24,000 bases of DNA from Candidatus Electrothrix gigas (lineage in GTDB: Bacteria > Desulfobacterota > Desulfobulbia > Desulfobulbales > Desulfobulbaceae), in contig QYLO01000035.1 of NCBI GenBank assembly GCA_022766165.1, positions 1-24,000 of the forward strand, given 5' to 3'. The position numbers were made by a program, and so were the translations under genes. Position 1 is the first letter of the stretch. Every line of letters begins with the position of its first letter. Below, one piece after another: positions 6,950 to 15,200 of the stretch. The notes under the pieces are model-generated. The model made no database searches and had not been told where the DNA came from. It saw nothing but the letters and a program-made list of their open reading frames with translations.

Positions 6950-8197
6950 TTAATACTGAAAACGTATCCCAATACCAAAGCGTCCATAATCAGAGATATC
7001 ACTGAGTTCATCAATAGCATTGCGCGCCTCTAAAAAGACTGAGGCGTTAAATTTGTCCGGTTCACCATACACACGAGCACCAACATTAAGTAATATATCT
7101 AAATCACTATCTTGATCATCAAAATCTTCGTCTCCTGCGCTGATCCAAGCGCCGAGTCCAAGTCCGACAAAACCATCAAAGGGATCTGAAAAGTTGTATT
7201 GAGCAATACCATCAAGCAACAGGGCACTGGCACCATCTTCGTCATCGTCACTCAGTTTAGGAGCAGAACCGATCATAAGTAAATAAGAGATATTCTCATA
7301 AGGTGTTCCTGCATAACGTGCTCTTGTATAAGGACTGTATTGAACACCTAAGCGGGCAAAGAGAAAATCTGCTGGATCACCAAGACGTAGATAACCGAGG
7401 TCACCGATAAAACGAAGATGTTGCGCTGTTGCTGTTGGCTTACGTGTTGGTTGTTGTGTTGGTTGTTGTGTTGGGATAAAATCATCATCAGAGCAATCAA
7501 GTTTTCGGCACTCGGGAGGACAGTCATCACAACTGATATCCTTGGGAAGGATCGGGTCTTCTTCTGGAATAACTGGATAATCTTCCGGAGTAATCGGGTC
7601 TTCTTCTGGTTCTTCTGGAATGATTGGATCTATTGGATATTCTTCTGGGATTGGAATATCTATTTCTTCGGAAAGACATTCCTCTGGTATATCCTGACAT
7701 GCAGTCGGACAATCTTCTTGATTATAAGACCCCTTTTTACAGGATGCTGGGCAGTCTGGAGGGAATTTATCACAGATATTGCAGCCCAGCTCATCACAGA
7801 CAGGCGGGCAGTCTTGTCCCTCTGGGTTTTCAATACATTCTACAGAGCAGTCATCACAGCTATAGCATTTTATGTCACGACATATATCGGGACAACCGTT
7901 GCCATAGGGGTTAATCTTGCAGTCCTCTGTACAATCCTCACATGATTGACAGGTAACATCACGACAAATATCAGGACAATCTATATCGTATGGATTTTGT
8001 CTACATCTGAATGAGCAGTCATCGCAGGATACCCGACATTCTGGATCTTTACAGACAGGCGGGCAGCCCTTGCTGTAAGGATTTTCTAAACATGCATCTG
8101 AGCAGTCGTCGCAGGTCATGACTCTGCCTCCAGCAAAGGCTACACCCGCCGACAGCAGAAGTAAAACAGTAACCCGTGTCAATACGTTCAGTTTCAT
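6950..8197 (-). CDS. Secreted Cys-rich repeat protein with Pro/Glu spacer and C-terminal small beta-barrel (outer-membrane anchor); family unknown
   Basis: The ORF track gives 6950..8233. I prefer the ATG at 8197 (MKLNVLTRVTVLLLLSAGVAFA), which has SD AAGGAG (8208-8213) 10 nt upstream. There are four regular 28-29 aa six-Cys repeats plus degenerate units. The C-terminal ~150 aa is Cys-free, has alternating hydrophobicity and ends GIGIRFQY. Confidence 0.8.
   Translation of the reverse strand: MKLNVLTRVTVLLLLSAGVAFAGGRVMTCDDCSDACLENPYSKGCPPVCKDPECRVSCDDCSFRCRQNPYDIDCPDICRDVTCQSCEDCTEDCKINPYGNGCPDICRDIKCYSCDDCSVECIENPEGQDCPPVCDELGCNICDKFPPDCPASCKKGSYNQEDCPTACQDIPEECLSEEIDIPIPEEYPIDPIIPEEPEEDPITPEDYPVIPEEDPILPKDISCDDCPPECRKLDCSDDDFIPTQQPTQQPTRKPTATAQHLRFIGDLGYLRLGDPADFLFARLGVQYSPYTRARYAGTPYENISYLLMIGSAPKLSDDDEDGASALLLDGIAQYNFSDPFDGFVGLGLGAWISAGDEDFDDQDSDLDILLNVGARVYGEPDKFNASVFLEARNAIDELSDISDYGRFGIGIRFQY
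7445..7474. repeat. 12-nt tandem repeat x2.5 (TGTTGGTTGTTG) encoding PTQQPTQQPT hinge
   Basis: Read directly: 7445-7456 and 7457-7468 are identical and 7469-7474 is a partial third unit. It lies in the linker between the Cys-rich part and the barrel. Confidence 0.85.
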
Positions 8198-8304
8198 AGT
8201 TCTTGCTCTCCTTTTCTGAGAAATTAATTTCATTGCCCGTGATTTCGGACGAACTGCATTCTACCTAAAGAAGAAAGGTAAAATTTTTTTTACTTTGTCT
8301 ATAT

Positions 8305-8333
8305 TATATATAAGCTCCTTGGTTTTCTGGCAA
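8305..8333 (-). promoter_or_regulatory. Candidate sigma70-type promoter for the Cys-rich barrel protein gene
   Basis: On the minus strand: TTGCCA (8333-8328), 17-nt spacer, TATATA (8310-8305, overlapping TATAAT). It is about 100 nt upstream of the ATG at 8197. Pattern match only. Confidence 0.3.
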
Positions 8334-8919
8334 CAGAAAAAAAACAACCTATAGCTCCATTTTCCTGAAAAATGGGAACAGGGCAGTGAAAAATGCATTG
8401 TTGTAACATTTTTGGCATTAGGCTTGAATGATCAACACAGGGGCATGGAGAATCCAATTTGTTTGAATAGTTGCTATGGTTTTTTTAGGAAAAAATGTAG
8501 GTTCTGACAGGTTCTGAGCGGATACTTTGTCAGCATTGATAAGATTGTTTATACTGTACAGTATTTTATATTGGGTTCTATTTTTTTTATAGTTGCTTTC
8601 AGGAGAATAACTTGCTGATTTTTTTACCTGTACAGGCAGTGTAGTACAGAATAACTGTCTCGTAGGGATCAATTCTTGAAGAATGTTGAATTTATTTGAC
8701 AAATTTAAGTTTTTTATTTTATACTTAGGTTCTTTTTTATTAAAAGTGTTTGGTAGCGATTATTGCCGTATAATAACTCTCGTCCCTCGTAACTGAGAAG
8801 GTGAGAAGGGATGGTTTTATACAGGACCCTCTCTCATATTTTGTTGACCCGACCCAAGGGCCAGGATGGGGGTATAGAAGGGGATAGAAAAAAGAATATT
8901 GAATCCTAAAAAATTCTAA

Positions 8920-9231
8920 GCAAGCCTCTCCGTCAATACTAATCGTTCTCGTGGGATTTTCAAGTTCAGCCAACTGAAAAAACGAAACAGGTGTGTTCTT
9001 GATGAAAGGCAGAGACTTGAATGGATAGCCTTGAAAAAAGGTTGTCGTGTGGTGATAAACACCGAAGAATATACCAGTAAAACGCATCCGCAAACTGGTG
9101 TGGTGAACAGGAAACTTGGTAGTGCAAAAACTGTCAAGTTGACTGATGGGTCAAGAGCTTGCAGAGATATAGTAGGTGCTTTCAATTTCTTTTTGAAAAC
9201 GCTTGTGGTAGATACACCCACCTTTAATTAG
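8920..9231 (+). pseudogene. C-terminal remnant of an IS200/IS605- or IS607-associated TnpB (RuvC-II/III region), degenerate
   Basis: The frame is open from the stop at 8917-8919 and reads ...RQRLEWIALKKGCRVVINTEEYTSKTHPQTGVVNRKLGSAKTVKLTDGSRACRDIVGAFNFFLK... This matches the TnpB tail pattern (Y/W)KA..G..VV.V.E.YTS(K/Q)TC..CG...C..C...DRD.N(G/A)A.NI. The four Zn-finger Cys are replaced (THPQTG, KLTDGSRA) and no N-terminal 300 aa is present. Confidence 0.5.
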
Positions 9232-9270
9232 GTGCAACTTATAACTATTTATAAGAAAAAAAGTATCGGA
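9005..9270 (+). repeat. Copy A (full, 266 bp) of TnpB-tail/right-end-derived repeat, ending 13 nt before the operon start codon
   Basis: 9005-9080 matches 21886-21961 (74/76 identical) and 9212-9270 matches 21961-22019 (59/59 identical). The right block contains hairpins CACCT-ttaatt-AGGTG and CTTATAA-ctat-TTATAAG (9238-9255). Confidence 0.9.
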
Positions 9271-9283
9271 TAAGAGCTGTTCA

Positions 9284-11116
9284 ATGAAAAAAGTATTGTT
9301 GGTAGATGACGATGAAATGATCCATGAAATCGTGGACTCTACTCTGGGTAGCTACAAGAAGTCTTTTGAGATATCACATGCCTACGATATAAAAGAGGCT
9401 GTTAGGCAAATAGATAGAGGAGATATTGCTCTTGTTATCACCGATCTTGTTATGCCCGGGGGAGACGGTTTTCAGCTGTTATCCTATATTCAAAAAAAAC
9501 ACTCTGATATACCAAGAATCGTTATAACTTCCTACGACCTTCCTGAGCTGAAGAATCGGCTCGCAGGCAAGGCATTTCAGGTTTTTAAAAAACCTTTGGC
9601 TTCTGAAGAACTTGCCGACGCAATTATACAAGGTCTCAAAACGCAGCAAAAAAAAGGGGATCTTGGAAAATTTTCTGTTGTCGGTATAGTGCAACTGATG
9701 GAAACAGAAGAGACCACCTGTCGTCTTGATGTGCATAACTGCGATGAACATCAGGATATTGATCATTGTATAGAGCATAACTGTCCTGAGTACAAGGGAA
9801 GTCTTTTTCTCGTTAAAGGCAAAATTTACGATGCTGTTTGCGGAAAGCTAATTGGCGAAGAGGCCGTGCTCAAATTACTCAGTTTGGAAGGAGTTCAGGT
9901 CAGCAGTTGCACATTGAAAAATGATGTACTCAGAAGGGTGCATAAAAGCAACCAGAATCTGTTGATCAATGCAATGATTCAGAAAGATAATCAATCTGAT
10001 GACCCTGCATCGACTGGATCACCCCGACAAAAACTTCTTGATGAAGGCATTAAACTCTGTGAACGACTGGAACTCAACAAGGCTCAAAAGAAGCTTATGT
10101 CCTTTGTTCGCGATAATCGTAAAAGTGCGCTGGGTTGGCTTTGGCTCTCCCGTTCCTTAACCGATCTGCCAAAAATTAAAAAGGCACTGGGTGAGGCATA
10201 TAAATGTTCACCTAAAGATCCTCAGATTCTCGAAGATGTAAAAAAAGCACGTCTCTTTCAAGGAAGCGGAAAACTTATTCGTTGCCCTTTCTGTTTTGCC
10301 CCACTGGAACAGCATATCATACTTTGCTCGTATTGTCAGGCAAACGCCCTCTCAAATTCCTCAACCCTAGCGCAAATTGATCCGTACAAGGTTGAACGGA
10401 AAGTTGTGCTGCGAGCTGCTACACGTTTTGAACGTTTGCTGGCTGATGAAGTCAATCCGAGACTGCTGTACTATGCCGGGGCAGCGTATCTCAATTTAAA
10501 TGATTTTGAAAAGGCATTGACCTATTTTGATCTTCTGATGCCTATTGTTCAGGTTGACAAGAAGTTGCAAAAAATTTCCAAACAGGTTCGTGAAATAGTT
10601 GACTATATTGCCTCAAGCCAAAATATGGACACTGATGATAGGGCAAAGAATAGTTGGCATGAGCAAAAGGAAAAAAGAGAAAAACGTTTAATTACAAATC
10701 GTTCAGCTTGTAAAACAGTTTTGGTTGTCGAAGACAGCCCGACCACCAGAAAGGTTATTAAAATGACGCTGACCAGCGGTGATTTTCGCGTCATTGAAGC
10801 TGCCGATGGTGTTGAGGCATTGAGTAGATTAAATGAAGAACGACCAGATCTTGTCCTGCTTGATATTATGCTGCCAAAGATTGATGGATATCGTATACTC
10901 TCTATTTTGAAAAAAAATAGTGATACGAAAGATATACCAGTTGTTATGTTGACAAGTAAAAATAGAATAATTGATAAGGTGAAGGGGAGGCTGTCCGCAG
11001 CCAGTGCGTACCTGACAAAGCCGTTTAAACCTGCTGAACTTATTGACATGGTCAATACGATTATCGTGAAAGATAGCGCAAGGGCTGAACACTCAACTGA
11101 AAACACAGTTAATTGA
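9284..11116 (+). CDS. Dual-receiver response regulator: REC - PATAN/DUF4388 - TPR-like region with CxxC-x10-CxxC zinc ribbon - REC (PatA/PilG-like)
   Basis: 610 aa. REC1 has DDDE, ITDLVMPGGDG, ITSY and FKKP. The DUF4388 signature is GDLGKFSVVGIVQLMETEETTCRLDV...GSLFLVKGKIYDAVCGKLIGEEAVLKLL. The zinc ribbon is CPFCFAPLEQHIILCSYC. REC2 has VVEDSP, LLDIMLPKIDG, MLTSK and YLTKPF. Confidence 0.9.
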   Translation: MKKVLLVDDDEMIHEIVDSTLGSYKKSFEISHAYDIKEAVRQIDRGDIALVITDLVMPGGDGFQLLSYIQKKHSDIPRIVITSYDLPELKNRLAGKAFQVFKKPLASEELADAIIQGLKTQQKKGDLGKFSVVGIVQLMETEETTCRLDVHNCDEHQDIDHCIEHNCPEYKGSLFLVKGKIYDAVCGKLIGEEAVLKLLSLEGVQVSSCTLKNDVLRRVHKSNQNLLINAMIQKDNQSDDPASTGSPRQKLLDEGIKLCERLELNKAQKKLMSFVRDNRKSALGWLWLSRSLTDLPKIKKALGEAYKCSPKDPQILEDVKKARLFQGSGKLIRCPFCFAPLEQHIILCSYCQANALSNSSTLAQIDPYKVERKVVLRAATRFERLLADEVNPRLLYYAGAAYLNLNDFEKALTYFDLLMPIVQVDKKLQKISKQVREIVDYIASSQNMDTDDRAKNSWHEQKEKREKRLITNRSACKTVLVVEDSPTTRKVIKMTLTSGDFRVIEAADGVEALSRLNEERPDLVLLDIMLPKIDGYRILSILKKNSDTKDIPVVMLTSKNRIIDKVKGRLSAASAYLTKPFKPAELIDMVNTIIVKDSARAEHSTENTVN

Positions 11117-11155
11117 AAGCTTACAACTTCCATCCAAAATAAAAGAGGAGAAACT

Positions 11156-11524
11156 ATGTCTACGAGAAAATTACTGATTGTTGACGATAGTCCAACAGAA
11201 CTCAAGTTGATAACCGATGTGTTTAATACATCTGAATATGATGTTGTTACTGCTGAAGACGGTGAAGCTGGTGTAGAAATGGCAATAGCAGAAAAACCAG
11301 AGTTGATCATTCTTGACGTTGTTATGCCAAAAATGAATGGGTTCCAAGCGTGTCGCAAAATTAAATCCCTTCCCGACTTAGAGAATATACCAGTTATCTT
11401 GCTGACCAGCAAAAATCAAAAATCAGATGAATTTTGGGGAAAAAAACAGGGCGCAGATGTCTATCTGACAAAACCTTTTCATGCCGATCAGGTACTGGAG
11501 GCTGTAACCGGTCTTCTTTCTTGA
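11156..11524 (+). CDS. cheY: Single-domain CheY-like response regulator (PilH/PixH-like)
   Basis: 122 aa with IVDDSP, ILDVVMPKMNG, LLTSK and YLTKPF. Strong SD AGAGGAGA. Confidence 0.93.
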   Translation: MSTRKLLIVDDSPTELKLITDVFNTSEYDVVTAEDGEAGVEMAIAEKPELIILDVVMPKMNGFQACRKIKSLPDLENIPVILLTSKNQKSDEFWGKKQGADVYLTKPFHADQVLEAVTGLLS

Positions 11525-11567
11525 TCTTTTACATTATTTCTTCATGTAAAAAACAAGGCGTGACGAT

Positions 11568-12185
11568 ATGAACGATCAAGCCGCTCTTTTTCCCAGTACC
11601 TCTCCTGAGGTTACAGAGGGTACAGACCTTGCAGAGCTGTTAGGTAATATTGATCAGGAGATAATGCAAGTCGCACTCAAGTACGGCGATGGCTTAAAAA
11701 AGATTGCTGGCGATAATCAGCAAGAACTTGGAAGGCATATATGCTTTGACTTGGGCAACAGGCGACTGGCCTTACCTCTCTCCTTTGTCGTTGAAGTAGG
11801 AGAGTTGGAGGATGTACGCTCACTCCCCTTTTTACCTGAGTGGGTACAAGGTGTAACCAACATACGGGGAGAAATCGTCTCTGTCACCGATATAGCTCTT
11901 TTTTTTAATATTCCAACAGAACAGCACAGAAAAAAGGGTCGTACATTTATTATCATTTATAACGGTGAAGTAAAAACCGCAGTGGTTGTTGATCGTATCG
12001 CTACCACGCGCATGTTATACAAAAAAGAGGGGGCTGCGCAGCATGATACAGAGGACGACAAAGGGGAACAGAGTGGTCTATCCAATTTTTTACTTGGTTC
12101 AGCTCTGTATCATACTGGTGAAAGAGAAGAAGTTGTCCAGCTTTTTGACGGTGAACAGTTACTCTCATCTATAAAAATATCATAA
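11568..12185 (+). CDS. cheW: CheW-like coupling protein (PilI-like) with ~55-aa N-terminal extension
   Basis: 205 aa. CheW fold signature: HICFDLGNRRLALPLSFVVEVGELEDVRSLPFLPEWVQGVTNIRGEIVSVTDIALFF ... TFIIIYNGEVKTAVVVDRI. Confidence 0.9.
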   Translation: MNDQAALFPSTSPEVTEGTDLAELLGNIDQEIMQVALKYGDGLKKIAGDNQQELGRHICFDLGNRRLALPLSFVVEVGELEDVRSLPFLPEWVQGVTNIRGEIVSVTDIALFFNIPTEQHRKKGRTFIIIYNGEVKTAVVVDRIATTRMLYKKEGAAQHDTEDDKGEQSGLSNFLLGSALYHTGEREEVVQLFDGEQLLSSIKIS

Positions 12186-12206
12186 CAAGCAGCTTGGAGA
12201 GAGTAG

Positions 12207-15200
12207 ATGACGAGTAGTGTAGGCAATGAGATTATAACAGGGTTTATTGAGGAGGTAGAAGGATATCTGCCTGATATGAGCCGTTGCCTTCAGACCCTGC
12301 AGCAGGATCGTATCCATAGACCATCGTTAGCCGAGTTGCACCGAATCACTCATACCATCAAGGGTGCCGCCGCTATGGTAGGGCTAGATGACCTGAGTGC
12401 TTTTGGTGAACTGCTTGAAAAAGTGATGGAAGATATTCTCGGCTCTTCTTTGGAGGTAGATGATGAGATGCTTCATCTCTTGCAAGACGCAACCCAGCAT
12501 ATTGCCCAGTACTGCGTCATGCAACATGAGGAGCAACATGAGGAAAATGAAGGAAGAACTCATGACAGTCGCCTTTTCCTACAACTTATTAAGACCCTTG
12601 AAGAGAAGCTTAACAGCACTGAATTTGCTGAATCTGCCCAATCTGGTGCAAGGACCAATCCTGAGAATATTTTTTTTGATAACGTAGCAGAGGAAAATGT
12701 TGCAGGAGATACGCAGGCTAGTCAGGAGAGCAACAGCGTAGATGATCTTTTTGCTGACCTTGATGCCGACTTTGAACCGGAGCCATCTGGCATCGAAGAC
12801 TCTTTCTGTGATCCTGACATTGAAAGTATTTTTGATAAAATTCCTCCAGCAACTTCACAGACACCGCTCTTCGCTGAAACAGAGGATGAGAGCGAGTCAA
12901 CAGCATCTCAGACAGCATTAATTGATCCAGAACTCTTGGAGTGCTTTCGAGAGGAAACAGAGGAACATCTGGAGAATATTGACCGTTGCCTAGATGAGCT
13001 TACCAACCAAATAACCAATCCTGTTGCACTCACTCCGCCCACCCAAGAAACACTTCATTCCCTGCGTCGTTCTGTACATACGCTCAAAGGTGCAGCAGCC
13101 GTTATCGGCATAGAACAGATTGCGGCCTGGGGCCATGATTTTGAAGATTTTCTTGACTGGCTACATGACGAGGCAAAACGGCTTGATCCTACAACAGTGG
13201 CCGCTCTACGGGACGGAGCTGATCTGCTGGCCTCCCTTGCTGACAATCCTGGCGTATCCATTGAAAAAGATAAGCAAAGGATTCTTGCAAAGTTCAATGA
13301 TATTACCAAAAAAATGCGTCCTACAGTATCACTTTCACCTGGAACAGGTAATACGTTGGCAGATGATGTAACGGCACCCTCTGCGGCCTCCTTTCTCTTT
13401 GAAGAAACTGATGAGAAAAAATCTGAAGAGACAGACAGTTTTTTTGATGCGTTTACTACCGATACAACCTCTGCGACCGATACTGAGGAAGAGGATCTCT
13501 TTTTTCAGGATGTTGAAGAAAAGGAGGAGGATGATTTTTTTAGCTCCATAGCAGCAGAGAGTGGAAACTCTGAGACTGTGGATGAGTACGAGCAAGAGAA
13601 TATTGATGAAGAACTGCTGCAATGTTTTCATGAAGAGGCTAAAGAACATCTTGATAATCTTGATCGTCAGCTCAATCATCTCAATGTAACGATTTCTGAT
13701 AAGGTAGCACTGAATGATTTTAGAAGAGGAACACTGCACTCTATCCGACGGTCTGTTCATACGCTCAAAGGTGCAGCAGCCGTTATCGGCATAGAAAAGA
13801 TTGCGGCTTGGGGCCATGATTTTGAAGATTTTCTTGATTGGCTACATGATGAGGCACAGAGTATACACCCTGATATTGTTCAGGTAATGCAGGAAGCCAC
13901 TGATATCCTTGTTCGGCTTGTTGAAGACCCAACGTGTTCAGTTATTCGCGCTCAACACACTGTTCAGGAAGAATTTCAACGAATTACAGCAAAGAAAGAA
14001 GAGAGTAAACACGTATTACCAGATACATTACCAGATACATTACCAGATGCATTACCAGATGCTCTTGAAAAAAATCTTGAGGAAAAGGCAACAACTGCTC
14101 CTGTTCAGCAGCAACGAAAAAAATCCGCAACTCTACGAACTCTCCGTGTTGATGTGAACAGGGTTGATCAGTTAGTTGGTTTAAGCGGAGATATGGTTAT
14201 TAACCTGAGTAGTTTTGAGGACTCAATGGATACCATGTCTGGAACAACAAAAGAGTTGGATATGATTCTGCAACGTTTAAAGAATATCAACTCCAGCTTA
14301 GAGGCAGGATATGAACTGGCCTCAATCCCTCATCTTGGCAGTTCAGAAGATGGTCAGGATTCTGATATGGTTGAAGATTTTGACCCTCTGGAGATGGACA
14401 GGTATTCAGAACTAAATATTTTGATCCGTTCGCTCACTGAGGCGGTCAGTGACCTTGATTCGATCATGGGACAAAATGCCTTGGACACAGCCAGTTGGCA
14501 AAAAACGATTGAGCATCAGGGCATGATCCTGAAAGATCTGCAGAACAGGATGATGGGCATCCGCATGACGCCTTTTTCTACCCTATCAAGCAGGATGCAC
14601 AGGACAGTGCGAGAAGCAGAGCGCACAACCGGACATCCGGCCCAGTTAACTATTGAGGGTGAATCCATCATGATGGATACTCGTGTTTGGGAGGTTATGG
14701 CTGATCCCCTCATGCACATTCTTCGTAATGCAGTTGCTCATGGTGGCAGCTTGCCTCAAAAAGGCAGGGGAAAGGGCGAAGATGACAGCGAAGGACTTTC
14801 TATTACAATACAGGCTCGCAGAAAGGGTGGGTTATGTATTCTTCAGGTCAGTGATACCGGGAAAGGATTGGATTATCAGGCTATTCGGATCAAGGGCATG
14901 AAGTTGTACCCCAATGAACGGGTCAACCTTATGAGCGATAGTGAACTGGCAGATTTGATCTTTCGGCATGGCTTTTCAAGTACCGGTGCAATAACCAATA
15001 TCGCAGGTCGGGGTGTGGGTATGGATGTTGTTCGGGATGCGGTCGACCAACTTAACGGTTCTATTGAGCTTATTTCAGAGCAAGGTCAAGGAACTGCATT
15101 TATTATGCGTCTTCCTGTTGCTGTTGCCCAGCTTCCAGCTATTCTGGCTCGTTTTGGAAACCAGGTATATGCAATTCCGATGCATGATGTTGCAAGCGTT

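Noticed and set aside
8413-8427. Sigma54-like TGGCAT-N5-TTGA
   Set aside because: The conserved GC of the -12 element is GA here, the site is about 850 nt from the next plus-strand gene, and no enhancer-binding-protein gene is nearby.
8418-8702. 94-aa minus-strand ORF, plus similar 68-aa ORFs at 6119..6325 and 6605..6811 in AT-rich spacers
   Set aside because: They have TTG or weak starts without SD, and their composition is what one expects from random translation of AT-rich non-coding DNA. No motifs are present.
9213-9300. Idea that the repeat copies encode active omega-RNA guides (TnpB/TldR-like RNA-guided repression), because the sequence diverges exactly after the conserved right end
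   Set aside because: The associated TnpB frame is only a ~100-aa tail with a destroyed Zn finger, copy B lacks 132 bp of the scaffold region, and no intact tnpB or TldR-like gene is in the window. I kept only the weaker leader/promoter hypothesis.
10603-11412. 269-aa minus-strand ORF spanning the end of the regulator gene and the CheY gene
   Set aside because: It runs antisense to two genes with clear receiver-domain signatures. Its translation is Ser/Ile/Phe-rich and low-complexity.
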